Of a stretch of DNA of 64,000 bases, positions 32,070 to 42,155 are shown one piece after another. Numbering within the stretch: the stretch's first letter is position 1; the number at the start of each line of letters is the position of its first letter. Both the position numbers and the translations under genes were made by a program. Below the pieces are notes generated by a model that did no database searches, had not been told where the DNA came from, and was given only the letters and a program-made list of their open reading frames with translations. The stretch comes from Tissierellia bacterium (GTDB lineage: Bacteria > Bacillota > Clostridia > Tissierellales > Tissierellaceae): contig JAAYNS010000084.1 in the NCBI GenBank assembly GCA_012520755.1, positions 3,808-67,807 of the forward strand, written 5' to 3'.

Positions 32070-32894
32070 ATGGATGAAAATTTAACTATATACGTTTTGT
32101 CGGACTCCATCGGTGAAACTGGTGAATTAATTGCTAGAGCTGCTGTCAGGCAATTTAAATCAACTAATTATGAAATAAAAAAGTTTCCCTTTGTATCTAA
32201 AAAGGAAAAGATTAAAGAAATTTTACTAGATGCAAAAGAAGTATCAAGTATTGTTATATATACAACTGTTAATGAAGAAAATAGAGATTATATTGAATTA
32301 TTGGGTAAAGAATATAATGTACTTACAGTCGATGTACTGACACCACCTCTAGATGCTATAGAAAAAATTGTAGGTTTTCCACCTAAACGTGAAGCTGGTT
32401 TAATAAGACGACTTGATGAAAACTATTTTAATAAAGTAGAAGCTGTTGAATTTACAGTTAGATATGATGATGGGAAGGATCCTAGGGGTATAAAAAAAGC
32501 AGATATTTGCTTAATAGGAGTTTCAAGAACATCGAAAACGCCTCTGAGTATGTACCTGGCACATAAGAATTATAAAGTTGCAAATGTTCCTTTGGTACCA
32601 GAAGTATCAGCTCCTAAAGAACTATTTGAAAAAGATAATAGAAGGATATTTGGCCTGATAGCAAATCCTGAAAAACTAATTGAAATAAGAAGAGAAAGAC
32701 TGAAGGCTCTTGGTTTAGACGATTCAGCCCATTATGCAAATGTTGAGAGAATTAGGGAAGAGATTGAATACTCAAAAGAAATTATGGAGAAGTTAAATTG
32801 TAAGGTAATAGATGTATCGAGTAGAGCTATTGAAGAAACTGCAATAATTATTTTAGAAGAAATGATTAAGGATTTTGGAGATAATATGATATAA
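32070..32894 (+). CDS. ppsR: Pyruvate/PEP dikinase regulatory kinase-pyrophosphorylase (DUF299, YqfL)
   Basis: SDSIGETG, YDDGKDP, GVSRTSKTPLSMYLA. Confidence 0.93.
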   Translation: MDENLTIYVLSDSIGETGELIARAAVRQFKSTNYEIKKFPFVSKKEKIKEILLDAKEVSSIVIYTTVNEENRDYIELLGKEYNVLTVDVLTPPLDAIEKIVGFPPKREAGLIRRLDENYFNKVEAVEFTVRYDDGKDPRGIKKADICLIGVSRTSKTPLSMYLAHKNYKVANVPLVPEVSAPKELFEKDNRRIFGLIANPEKLIEIRRERLKALGLDDSAHYANVERIREEIEYSKEIMEKLNCKVIDVSSRAIEETAIIILEEMIKDFGDNMI

Positions 32895-32922
32895 TGAAGT
32901 GTTTTGAACAACACTTCATTTT
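32893..32922 (+). terminator. Terminator after ppsR
   Basis: aatgaagtgtt/aacacttcatt plus tt. Confidence 0.8.
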
Positions 32923-33050
32923 GTTTCATAAAAACATGTGAATAAACACTTGAGTAATAAGAAGAAAAAATATTTATTATTTATGAAGGATTATTGACTT
33001 TTATGTTGTATATATAATATATACGAGTTTTACAAAAGGGGCAATAACTT

Positions 33051-34067
33051 ATGGAAATAAGAAAACAATATGAAGAATTTGAGGAAACAAATTTATCTAA
33101 ATATGCTATGTTGAGCAAAAATTCGATGGGAAGAGAACAAGCAGAAGAACAATGTACTATCAGAACTGTTTTTCAAAGAGATAGGGATAGAATTATCCAT
33201 TCTAAGTCCTTTAGAAGGTTAAAACATAAGACACAAGTTTTTATTGCACCTGAAGGAGATCATTTTAGGACAAGACTTACTCATACTCTTGAAGTTGCTC
33301 AAATTGGTAGAACTCTTGCAAGAGCTTTAAAGCTTAATGAAGATTTAATAGAAGCTATGGCCTTAGGTCATGATTTAGGACATACTCCCTTTGGACATAC
33401 TGGAGAAAAAGTATTAAATGAATTACATCCAAATGGGTTTAGACATAATGAACAAAGTATAAGGGTTGTTGACCTATTAGAAGGGAAAGAAAAGAGGATA
33501 GGCCTGAATTTAACATATGAGGTAAAAGAAGGTATTTTAAATCATAGTGGAAATAGGGTTAGTGAAACATTAGAGGGAAGAATTCTAAAGTACGCAGATA
33601 GAATTGCCTATATTAATCATGATATAGATGACGCCATAAGAGCGCATATTATAAAACAATCAGATTTACCAGAGGATTGTCTTGAGGTTCTAGGCAAGAC
33701 ACATGGAGTACGGATTAATACTATGATACATGACATTATTGAAACTAGCTACAATACCAATTCAATATCCATGAGTAAAGAAATTGGAGAAAAAACAAAT
33801 AAGTTAAGAGACTTTATGTTTGAAAATGTTTATTTAAACAAAAAGGCAAAATCAGAAGAAAATAAAGTGGAGCATATAATTAAAGAATTATATAAGTATT
33901 ATTATGAAAACAACAATAAGATTCCTCAGGCTCATTTGAGTATATATGAAAATATAGAAGCAAACATTGAAGATATAATTTGCGATTATATAGCTGGAAT
34001 GACTGATAGATACGTGATTAATGTTTTCAATAACATTTTTATCCCAAAACGTTGGGAAATATTTTAA
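33051..34067 (+). CDS. dgt: dGTP triphosphohydrolase (HD domain)
   Basis: RDRDRIIHSKSFRRL, RTRLTHTLEV, HDLGHTPFGH, DYIAGMTD. Confidence 0.96.
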   Translation: MEIRKQYEEFEETNLSKYAMLSKNSMGREQAEEQCTIRTVFQRDRDRIIHSKSFRRLKHKTQVFIAPEGDHFRTRLTHTLEVAQIGRTLARALKLNEDLIEAMALGHDLGHTPFGHTGEKVLNELHPNGFRHNEQSIRVVDLLEGKEKRIGLNLTYEVKEGILNHSGNRVSETLEGRILKYADRIAYINHDIDDAIRAHIIKQSDLPEDCLEVLGKTHGVRINTMIHDIIETSYNTNSISMSKEIGEKTNKLRDFMFENVYLNKKAKSEENKVEHIIKELYKYYYENNNKIPQAHLSIYENIEANIEDIICDYIAGMTDRYVINVFNNIFIPKRWEIF

Positions 34068-34073
34068 GAAAAA

Positions 34074-34115
34074 AGAAGGATTTTTGAAATATGTGTCGAA
34101 TACTAATATGTCGAA
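34074..34115 (+). promoter_or_regulatory. sigmaH-type promoter with two Spo0A boxes upstream of dnaG-sigA
   Basis: AAGGATTT...GTCGAAT; perfect TGTCGAA at 34094-34100 and 34109-34115. Confidence 0.7.
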
Positions 34116-34159
34116 TAATAAAACAATATAAGAAATGGTAGGTGTTTGTAGGTGATAAT

Positions 34160-35965
34160 ATGACTTATATTAATGATGAAATAATTGAAAATATTAAGGA
34201 AAATAGCGATATTGTAAGTATAATTTCTGATTATATTCATTTAAAAAAGTCAGGCTCAAATTATGTAGGTTTGTGTCCCTTTCATAATGAAAAGACTCCC
34301 TCTTTTACAGTATCATCAACTAAACAGATTTTTCATTGTTTTGGATGCGGAGAAGGTGGGGATATATTAAAGTTTATAATGAAAAAAGAAAATGTTGATT
34401 TTCCTGATGCAATAAAATTATTAGCCAATAAGTTGGGAATAGAAATAGATATAGAGGATACTAAAAATTCTACTAACAAGGATGAGAAGGAAAAAATTTA
34501 CGAAATTAATAAGGAAGCTGCTAGGTATTTCTTGAATACTTTAGAGCGTAACAAGACTCCATTGGATTATTTAGCCATTAGATCAATTAGTAAGAAGACT
34601 AGGAGGCAATTTGGCCTTGGATACGCTTTAAATAGTTGGGATAGCTTGTACAATTATCTAAAATCTAAGAGTTTTTCTGATGCAGAAATTGAAAAGGCTG
34701 GACTCATAGGAAAAAGAGATAATAACAATGGCTACTATGATAAATTTAGAAATAGAATAATGTTTCCTATTATTGATACAAGAGCCAGGGTCATAGGATT
34801 TGGTGGTAGAGTAATGGATCAAAAGATGCCAAAATATTTGAACTCGCCAGATACTATAGTCTTTAGTAAAGGTAATCACCTATATGGCTTAAATCTTGTA
34901 AGTAAATATTCTAACAGAAAAAGAATCCTATTAGTAGAAGGATATATGGATGTAATTTCATTATTTAACAGTGGAATTAATTATGCTGTTGCAAGTCTAG
35001 GAACTGCACTTACTGAGAGGCAAAGTAAAATAATAAAACGCTATGGTGATGAGGTATATGTTTGCTATGATTCAGATGCTGCAGGTATAAAAGCGACTTT
35101 AAGAGCAATAGATACTATGTTAAAGGTTGATTTGAATCCAAAAATTTTGTTGCTACCTGATGGTATGGATCCTGATGACTATATTAAGAGGTATGGACCT
35201 CTAGAATTTGAAAAACTTTTTGTTAATGCATATAACTATATTGATTTCAAAATTCATCAATTAAAAAGTGAATATAAAATAGATACATTAGAAGGAAAGA
35301 TAAAATTCACAACAGAGGTTGCAAAGATTATAAGAAATGTTAAAAGTCCTATTGAACAAGACATTTATATAGACAAGATTTCCAAAGAAGTGGGAATAAC
35401 AAGAGAGGCTATAGAAAAGGAAATTAGGGGTAATAATTATAATAAGAAATCATTTAATTATAAGAATAAAGACATAAGTGAAATTAAGCCAGTTAAAAGT
35501 GCATTGCCTCCTGCTTATTATAAAGCAGAAATAGAGCTAATAAAGTTTATGATAAAGGAAAAAGATTATTATCATTATATTATAGAAAGATTATCAATAG
35601 ATGATTTTAATAGTAAAGAATGCATAAATATATATAAGCAATTAAATATTCTTTATGGTAGTCAGGAAATTATAGATGAAAAGGTATTATTTAACAAGAT
35701 ATTGGAAATACCTAATTTAAACAAGAATTCAATAGATTCCATATTTAGTAATTCTACAAAGTATCAAGCAAGGGATATTGAAAATATAATAGATGATTTA
35801 ATAAAAACAGTTACAACTAACAATTTATTAATGAAAAGAGATAAAATGCTTAAAGAAATCGAAGAATTAGAAAAAAAATCTAGGAATGCTATAGAGGATG
35901 AAAAGTTTAAGCAATTATGTTTAGATTTAATACATTTAAATAACAAAATTAATCTAGATAATTAG
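34160..35965 (+). CDS. dnaG: DNA primase
   Basis: CPFH...HCFGC zinc finger, YLNSP, TOPRIM VEGYMDV, DPDD. Confidence 0.98.
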   Translation: MTYINDEIIENIKENSDIVSIISDYIHLKKSGSNYVGLCPFHNEKTPSFTVSSTKQIFHCFGCGEGGDILKFIMKKENVDFPDAIKLLANKLGIEIDIEDTKNSTNKDEKEKIYEINKEAARYFLNTLERNKTPLDYLAIRSISKKTRRQFGLGYALNSWDSLYNYLKSKSFSDAEIEKAGLIGKRDNNNGYYDKFRNRIMFPIIDTRARVIGFGGRVMDQKMPKYLNSPDTIVFSKGNHLYGLNLVSKYSNRKRILLVEGYMDVISLFNSGINYAVASLGTALTERQSKIIKRYGDEVYVCYDSDAAGIKATLRAIDTMLKVDLNPKILLLPDGMDPDDYIKRYGPLEFEKLFVNAYNYIDFKIHQLKSEYKIDTLEGKIKFTTEVAKIIRNVKSPIEQDIYIDKISKEVGITREAIEKEIRGNNYNKKSFNYKNKDISEIKPVKSALPPAYYKAEIELIKFMIKEKDYYHYIIERLSIDDFNSKECINIYKQLNILYGSQEIIDEKVLFNKILEIPNLNKNSIDSIFSNSTKYQARDIENIIDDLIKTVTTNNLLMKRDKMLKEIEELEKKSRNAIEDEKFKQLCLDLIHLNNKINLDN

Positions 35966-35978
35966 TAGGGAGGCCACG

Positions 35979-37130
35979 ATGGAAGATAATAAGAAAAATC
36001 TAGAGATTAATAATAAACAAACAGCTGAAAGTAAACTATTAACAAAGGGCAAAAAGGTAGGCTTTTTAAAATATAAGGAAATTATGGATACTTTTGAGAA
36101 AATTGCCCTAGAACCAGAAGAGATTGATGAAATATATCAAAAACTAGAGGATTCAGGTATTGAGATTATGGGCGATAAAGAAGATGAAGATGCCTTATTG
36201 TTAGTAGATGATGATGAAGACAGCGATCCAGAAGAGGATATTGATGTGGATAAGGAGTTAGAAGAGTCCAAAGAAAAAGAAATCTCAGTTCCTAAAGGGG
36301 TTAATGTTGATGACCCCGTAAGAATGTATTTAAAAGAAATTGGGAAAATTCCACTTCTTAGTCCTGAAGAAGAAGTTGAGCTTGCTAAGAGAATGGAAGC
36401 AGGGGATGAGTATGCTAAGAAAAAATTAGCGGAAGCAAACCTTAGATTAGTAGTAAGTATTGCCAAGAGATATGTGGGCAGAGGAATGCTCTTCTTAGAT
36501 TTAATCCAAGAAGGAAATCTAGGATTGATGAAGGCTGTTGAGAAATTTGAATATAAAAAAGGGTTTAAATTTAGCACCTATGCAACATGGTGGATAAGAC
36601 AAGCGATAACTAGAGCTATTGCAGATCAAGCAAGAACTATTAGAATACCAGTTCATATGGTTGAAACAATCAATAAATTAGTTAGAGTTCAAAGGCAATT
36701 AGTTCAAGAACTTGGTAGGGATCCAACACCTGAAGAAGTAGGTAAAGAAATGAGTTTGGATGTTGAGAGAGTTAGGGAGATTATGAAAATAGCCCAAGAA
36801 CCAGTTTCCTTAGAAACACCTATTGGTGAAGAAGAAGATAGTCACTTAGGAGATTTTATTCCTGATGAAGACGTACTTGCTCCCGCTGATGCTGCAACTT
36901 TCACTATGCTAAGAGAGCAACTTATTGAGGTCTTGGATACTTTAACTCCTAGAGAACAAAAAGTTTTAAGGCTTAGATTTGGCCTAGATGATGGTAGAGC
37001 AAGAACTCTAGAAGAAGTAGGTAAAGAGTTTGATGTAACTAGAGAGAGAATAAGACAAATCGAAGCTAAAGCATTAAGAAAGTTAAGACATCCAAGTAGA
37101 AGTAAAAAATTGAAAGATTTTCTTGAATAA
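35979..37130 (+). CDS. sigA: Primary sigma factor SigA
   Basis: [40 protein letters not shown]. Confidence 0.99.
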   Translation: MEDNKKNLEINNKQTAESKLLTKGKKVGFLKYKEIMDTFEKIALEPEEIDEIYQKLEDSGIEIMGDKEDEDALLLVDDDEDSDPEEDIDVDKELEESKEKEISVPKGVNVDDPVRMYLKEIGKIPLLSPEEEVELAKRMEAGDEYAKKKLAEANLRLVVSIAKRYVGRGMLFLDLIQEGNLGLMKAVEKFEYKKGFKFSTYATWWIRQAITRAIADQARTIRIPVHMVETINKLVRVQRQLVQELGRDPTPEEVGKEMSLDVERVREIMKIAQEPVSLETPIGEEEDSHLGDFIPDEDVLAPADAATFTMLREQLIEVLDTLTPREQKVLRLRFGLDDGRARTLEEVGKEFDVTRERIRQIEAKALRKLRHPSRSKKLKDFLE

Positions 37131-37160
37131 AGATTCGTTTCTATAGCGAATCTTTAATTT
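37130..37160 (+). terminator. Hairpin after sigA
   Basis: aagattcg/cgaatctt plus taatttt. Confidence 0.65.
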
Positions 37161-37177
37161 TGGAAAGGAAAGTAAAG

Positions 37178-37879
37178 ATGAATAATAAGTTATCAGAGAG
37201 ATTATATGCTATCACAAAATTTGTAGCTAGAAATTCAATTGTGGCTGATATAGGAACCGATCACGGTCAGATTCCTATGTATTTAATAGAAAACAATATA
37301 AGTAAGCGAGTAATAGCTTCAGATATAAGTCAGGGCTCTCTAAATAAAACAATTAATTATATAAAGGAGCTAAAAGTATCTGATAAAATAATAGCTAGAC
37401 TAGGGGATGGATTAGAAATCATCAAACCCTTTGAAGTTGATACTGTAATAATTGCTGGTATGGGAGGCTTACTTATTAGGGATATTCTATCAAAAGATAT
37501 TGAACTCACAAATTCAATTACAAATTTTATTCTACAACCTATGGTTGCAACTAAAGAGTTGAGAGAGTATCTATATAATAACAATTTTAAAATAATTGAT
37601 GAAGAATTAGTTTTAGAAGACAATAAATATTATGAAATAATATATGCTAAGAGAGGCAAAGATATAGTTGAAAAAGAAATATATTATGAAATTGGCAAGA
37701 AAATTATTGAGAAAAACCATCCTTTGTTGAAGAGTTTTATAGAGTATAAGATTAATAAACAGTCTTCGATTATTAAGGAGTTAACAGGTATAAATACAGA
37801 TAAGGGTAAAATAAGATTAGAAGAAATTGAAGGATTGATAAGTCAGTACAAGGAGGTATTAAAAATAGTTGAAGGCTAA
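37178..37879 (+). CDS. trmK: tRNA m1A22 methyltransferase
   Basis: ADIGTDH, RLGDGL, IAGMGG, ILQPM. Confidence 0.95.
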   Translation: MNNKLSERLYAITKFVARNSIVADIGTDHGQIPMYLIENNISKRVIASDISQGSLNKTINYIKELKVSDKIIARLGDGLEIIKPFEVDTVIIAGMGGLLIRDILSKDIELTNSITNFILQPMVATKELREYLYNNNFKIIDEELVLEDNKYYEIIYAKRGKDIVEKEIYYEIGKKIIEKNHPLLKSFIEYKINKQSSIIKELTGINTDKGKIRLEEIEGLISQYKEVLKIVEG

Positions 37880-38654
37880 GGAGATAATAGCTATATTAAA
37901 CCGAATTGCCCCCCAGAAGCTTATAGATAGTTGGGATAATACAGGCTTTCAAATTGGAGATGATGAAAAAACCATAAAGAAAATCATAATAGCTCTTGAT
38001 TTGGATGATATTCTTGCGGATAAAGCTATAAAGGAAGATTATCATATGATAATTACCCATCATCCTTTAATTTTTAAATCTCTAAAAAATATTAACAATA
38101 ATGACTATCTAGGAAGATTAATTATGAAACTTATATCAAACGACATAGTTGTATACAATGCTCACACAAATTTGGATTTGGCTAATGGTGGTGTAAACGA
38201 TGAGTTTGCTAGATTAATGAATTTACAGAACATAAGGCCATTAAGCCAAGTGATAATAGATGATGAAAAATATGGATATGGACGAATAGGAGAAGTTGAA
38301 GCTACAGACTTATTAGCGGTTGTCAACACAATTAAATCCAAATTATCCGTAGATGATATAAGAGTTTATGGAAACAAAGATACTATTCAAAGAATAGCAG
38401 TTTGTGGTGGAAGTGGGTCTGACTTTATTAGGGATGCTTTTGAAAATAATGCAGATATGTATATTACAGGGGATATTAAATATCATGATGCCCAAATAGC
38501 TTTGCAACTTGGACTTGTTTTAGTAGATGCTGGACACTTTCACACAGAGAAGATTATATTACCAAAATTGAAGGACATGCTATTAAAAGAAGTAGATGCT
38601 CATGTTGAGATTGATGTTTACATGGATACAAGCGTAAAATACAAAATTCACTAG
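37869..38654 (+). CDS. Nif3-like dinuclear metal protein (short form)
   Basis: WDNTG, THHPLIF, HTNLD, GGSG, TGDIKYH, DAGH. Confidence 0.95.
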   Translation: MKAKEIIAILNRIAPQKLIDSWDNTGFQIGDDEKTIKKIIIALDLDDILADKAIKEDYHMIITHHPLIFKSLKNINNNDYLGRLIMKLISNDIVVYNAHTNLDLANGGVNDEFARLMNLQNIRPLSQVIIDDEKYGYGRIGEVEATDLLAVVNTIKSKLSVDDIRVYGNKDTIQRIAVCGGSGSDFIRDAFENNADMYITGDIKYHDAQIALQLGLVLVDAGHFHTEKIILPKLKDMLLKEVDAHVEIDVYMDTSVKYKIH

Positions 38655-38683
38655 TATGAAGAAATACTACCAATAAAGTAATC

Positions 38684-38712
38684 TTGTAAAACAATGAGAA
38701 ATTTGATATACT
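38684..38712 (+). promoter_or_regulatory. sigmaA promoter of rnpB
   Basis: TTGTAA-17-TATACT with extended TG. Confidence 0.8.
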
Positions 38713-38724
38713 TATCTTCTTAAA

Positions 38725-39058
38725 GAGTAGATTGTTTGGTCGCGTGCTTAGGCATGAGGAAAGTCCGTGCTCCACAGAGCAAGATGCTGGATAACACCCA
38801 GTGGGGGTGACCCTAAGGATAGTGCAACAGAAATATACCGCCTAATTCTATTAGGTAAGGATGGAAAGGTGTGGTAAGAGCGCACCAGCATTTAGGTGAC
38901 TAAATGGCTATGTAAACCCCATCTGGAGCAAGACCAAAAAGGAACAGAAAAAGGCAGCTGCTCGTTGCCGTTCCAATGGTAGGTCGCATGAATCTATTGG
39001 CAACAATAGATCTTAGATAGATGACCATATAAACAGAACACGGCTTATAGATTTACTC
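38725..39058 (+). ncRNA. rnpB: RNase P RNA, bacterial type A
   Basis: GAGGAAAGTCC, AGTGCAACAGAAA, GGTAAGAG, ACAGAACACGGCTTAT; P1 gagtagatt/gatttactc; P13/P14, P16/P17 and P18 recognisable. Confidence 0.99.
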
Positions 39059-39070
39059 GACTAAAATGAC

Positions 39071-39100
39071 AAAAACCTTGTATTTCACAGGGTTTTTTGT
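39071..39100 (+). terminator. rnpB terminator
   Basis: aaaaaccttg/cagggttttt plus T tract. Confidence 0.85.
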
Positions 39101-39119
39101 TTTTGTTTTCTCCTATTTT

Positions 39120-39302
39120 TACAGTTTCATTTATGATACTATCTAATCAATGAAAATTATGACAGAATCTTTTAATAGTAACGATTGTGTTTATCTTTTG
39201 GTTTTATAATATGATTGATTTATTTTTACTAGTTCTTTTGAGGAGTTATTGACTCAGGGCTTAATGGAAGCTGGATTTGATGTTAAAATGAGTGAAATAT
39301 AA
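39120..39302 (+). pseudogene. Possible decayed gene fragment
   Basis: One frame reads MKIMTESFNSNDCVYLLVL*YD*FIFTSSFEELLTQGLMEAGFDVKMSEI*; family not recognised. Confidence 0.3.
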
Positions 39303-39422
39303 ACTAGTTGAAGTTCAGACAGAGGATAGAATAAACAAGTAGTAATCTTGTAAGAATAGGTTATAATTATGTAAAAGAATATATAATTGTCACATATGTT
39401 GACGATTTTAATGCAAGAAATT

Positions 39423-39470
39423 AGAATCTCTGTTAATTATGTGACAAAGATTCTTTAAATATGGTACAAT
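39423..39470 (+). promoter_or_regulatory. folD promoter with an overlapping dyad operator (Rex-like)
   Basis: GTGACA-18-TACAAT (extended TG) overlapped by AGAATCT-CTGTTAA-TTAT-GTGACAA-AGATTCT. Confidence 0.55.
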
Positions 39471-39515
39471 ATCCCTGAGGAAAAATTAAAGCATAATATT
39501 ATAGGAGGTATTCTA

Positions 39516-40361
39516 ATGAGTCAAATATTAAAGGGTAATGTAGTTGCAGCAAAGCTTAAAGAAGAGATGAAAGAAAGAATTGCAAAGCTCAATGAAAATG
39601 GAAAGCAACCTAAATTAGGTATTGTTAGACTTGGAAATGATCCTAGTGATGTTTCTTATGAAAAAAGTATAATTAAGAATTGTGATGCACTGGGAATAGA
39701 AACCGAAGTATTCGAAAAGGATGCTAATATGACCACTGATGAACTAGCTGACTTCATATCTGAATTAAACGATAATGATAGCATTTCTGCCATGATAATG
39801 TTTAGACCTCTTCCTAAGCATATTGATGAAGAGGTAATTAGAAATACTATCAAACCATCAAAGGATGTTGACTGTATGCATCCATTAAATCTTGAAAAGA
39901 TTTTTGAAGGAGACATGAGTGGATTTGCACCAGCTACTCCAAAAGCAGCAATGGAAATACTATTATACAACAATATCGATTTGGAAGGGAAAAATGTTGT
40001 TGTAATAAATAGATCTATGGTTGTTGGTAAGCCTTTAGCTATGATGTTATTAGAAAAAAATGCGACAGTAACTATTTGTCATTCTAGAACTAAGGACCTA
40101 AAAGAAATAACTAAAAAGGCTGATATTGTTATCCCTGCACTAGGAAAACCAAAATTCTTCACAATGGATTACTTTACTGAAGAATCAATAATTATTGACG
40201 TAGGAGTAAGCATGACAGAGGATGGGAAACTAAGTGGTGACGTTGATTATGAAAATGTGGCAGACAAAGTGAAAATGATTACTCCAGTACCTGGTGGTGT
40301 AGGTAGTGTTACTACAACAATCTTGTTAAATCAAGTTGTATATGCTTGCGAAAATAATTAA
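39516..40361 (+). CDS. folD: Methylene-THF dehydrogenase/cyclohydrolase
   Basis: KDVDCMHP, PATP, RSMVVGKP, TVTICHS, TPVPGGVG. Confidence 0.97.
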   Translation: MSQILKGNVVAAKLKEEMKERIAKLNENGKQPKLGIVRLGNDPSDVSYEKSIIKNCDALGIETEVFEKDANMTTDELADFISELNDNDSISAMIMFRPLPKHIDEEVIRNTIKPSKDVDCMHPLNLEKIFEGDMSGFAPATPKAAMEILLYNNIDLEGKNVVVINRSMVVGKPLAMMLLEKNATVTICHSRTKDLKEITKKADIVIPALGKPKFFTMDYFTEESIIIDVGVSMTEDGKLSGDVDYENVADKVKMITPVPGGVGSVTTTILLNQVVYACENN

Positions 40362-40367
40362 TTAAGA

Positions 40368-40394
40368 AATAGAGTCTAATAGACTCTATTTTTT
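40368..40394 (+). terminator. folD terminator
   Basis: aatagagtct-aat-agactctatt plus tttt. Confidence 0.85.
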
Positions 40395-40418
40395 CTACAA
40401 AAATAGTCATAATTCTTT

Positions 40419-40448
40419 GAAGGAGAAAATATATCGGATATTGAATAT
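40419..40448 (+). promoter_or_regulatory. sigmaH-type promoter of spoIIA
   Basis: GAAGGAGAA...TTGAATAT (AGGA-18-GAAT); spoIIA is sigmaH-dependent in studied spore formers. Confidence 0.55.
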
Positions 40449-40546
40449 ATAAGGAGATAAAAATGTCCGCCTAATAAATAAAGTTGTGGTTTTAGGGTGA
40501 TTAATTCTTATCGAAATATAGTAATAAAACTAAAGGAGGGAAAATC

Positions 40547-40888
40547 TTGGGATATACTATAGAAATTAAAAAACCCAATCTAATTGTACACTTTTATGGA
40601 GAATTAGATCATCATATTACTGAAAAGTCTAGATTGTTAATAGATCAAAAATACAAAGATAATAATCTAAGGAATATCATTATAGACCTGACTCAGTTAA
40701 CTCTCATGGATAGTTCAGGCATTGGACTTGTAATGGGAAGATATAAACTCGTTAATTCTAATGGTGGTAGAATAGTATTAGTAAGTTCTAATACTTATAT
40801 TGATAGAATTATAAAGATGTCAGGATTATTGAAAATTATTGAAGTATATATGCGTTTAGAAGACGCATTAACAAACTTAGAGAGGTGA
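40547..40888 (+). CDS. spoIIAA: Anti-sigma F factor antagonist
   Basis: [19 protein letters not shown]; TTG start. Confidence 0.96.
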   Translation: MGYTIEIKKPNLIVHFYGELDHHITEKSRLLIDQKYKDNNLRNIIIDLTQLTLMDSSGIGLVMGRYKLVNSNGGRIVLVSSNTYIDRIIKMSGLLKIIEVYMRLEDALTNLER

Positions 40889-40893
40889 TAACT

Positions 40894-41331
40894 ATGGATA
40901 AAAACTATATGCGGTTAGAATTTTCCAGCAAATCTAATAATGAATCTTTTGCAAGAGTTGTAGTAGCAGCTTTTGCTTCACAATTAGACCCTACATTGGA
41001 AGAGTTATCAGATATTAAAACTGCAGTATCAGAAGCTGTAACAAATGCAATTATTCACGGCTATGAATTAGGACAAGGTATTATTATAATAGAGGCAAAA
41101 ATTGAGAATGATACTGTTGAGATACAGATAATCGATAATGGTAAGGGAATAGCAGATTTAGAGCAAGCCATGGAACCTTTTTATACTTCTAAACCAGATT
41201 TAGAAAGATCAGGGATGGGTTTTACTGTAATGGAAACATTTATGGACGAATTGATAGTTGAGAGTACTAAAGACATTGGTACAAAGGTCATCATGAGAAA
41301 GAAAATTGATCGCTCTATAGATAAGGAGTAG
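40894..41331 (+). CDS. spoIIAB: Anti-sigma F factor
   Basis: [31 protein letters not shown]. Confidence 0.98.
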   Translation: MDKNYMRLEFSSKSNNESFARVVVAAFASQLDPTLEELSDIKTAVSEAVTNAIIHGYELGQGIIIIEAKIENDTVEIQIIDNGKGIADLEQAMEPFYTSKPDLERSGMGFTVMETFMDELIVESTKDIGTKVIMRKKIDRSIDKE

Positions 41332-41336
41332 GTAAT

Positions 41337-42095
41337 ATGAACTTAGGGGGAGAAGGGAATAGATTGTTATCTCACGTAGAAACTATAGAGCTGATTAAAA
41401 GAGCACAAAGTGGTGATAGCAAAGCGAGAGAAACATTAGTAGAATCAAATTTAGGCCTAGTTAGATCAGTACTGAGGGGATTTTTGAATAGAGGTCACGA
41501 TGTTGAAGATCTTTTCCAAATTGGTAGTATAGGATTACTGAAAGCTATAGATAAATTCGATATATCCTACGATGTGAAGTTTTCAACATATGCAGTACCA
41601 ATGATTATTGGTGAAATTAAAAGATTTCTTAGGGATGATGGGATAATAAAGGTAAGCAGATCTCTTAAACAAATCGCTGGAATGGCAAAGCAAGCAGGAG
41701 AAAAGCTATATAAAATTTTAGGCAGAGAGCCTAGCATACAAGAAATATCAGAAGAAATTGGTGTGGAAAAGGAAGAAATAGTAATGGCTCTAGAATCATC
41801 TTATCAACCAGAATATCTATATGAAATTGTTTATCAGAATGATGGTTCTCCACTATACTTAATAGATAAAATTAATTTAGAAGAGGACCAACCTACAGAT
41901 GTATTAGATAGTATTGTTTTAAAAGATGTAATAAGCCAGCTTAAACCAAGGGATAGACAAATCATAGTATTAAGATATTTTCAAGATAAAACACAGGTAG
42001 AAGTTGCAAATGTGTTGGGTATATCACAAGTTCAAGTATCAAGGATAGAAAAGAGAATAATAGGAGAAATGAGGAAATTTCTAGCAAAGGCATGA
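41337..42095 (+). CDS. sigF: Sporulation sigma factor SigF
   Basis: FSTYAVPMIIGEIKRFLRDDG, SQVQVSRIEK; third gene of spoIIA. Confidence 0.97.
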   Translation: MNLGGEGNRLLSHVETIELIKRAQSGDSKARETLVESNLGLVRSVLRGFLNRGHDVEDLFQIGSIGLLKAIDKFDISYDVKFSTYAVPMIIGEIKRFLRDDGIIKVSRSLKQIAGMAKQAGEKLYKILGREPSIQEISEEIGVEKEEIVMALESSYQPEYLYEIVYQNDGSPLYLIDKINLEEDQPTDVLDSIVLKDVISQLKPRDRQIIVLRYFQDKTQVEVANVLGISQVQVSRIEKRIIGEMRKFLAKA

Positions 42096-42109
42096 TATGC
42101 CTTTTTTTT
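42087..42109 (+). terminator. spoIIA terminator
   Basis: aaggca/tgcctt plus T tract. Confidence 0.8.
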
Positions 42110-42138
42110 GTATGAAATTTCGTTTATAGTCAATAATA
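42110..42138 (+). promoter_or_regulatory. sigmaG/F-type promoter of the spoVA operon
   Basis: GTATG-17-AATAATA. Confidence 0.55.
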
Positions 42139-42155
42139 TTATCTAGGTGATGATA

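Noticed and set aside
36245-36253. Perfect DnaA boxes TGTGGATAA in sigA (36245) and ftsL (63182)
   Set aside because: Single sites inside coding sequence; about one is expected by chance in 64 kb at this base composition
37131-37177. tRNA gene after sigA as in some Firmicutes
   Set aside because: The gap is under 50 bp and holds only a hairpin
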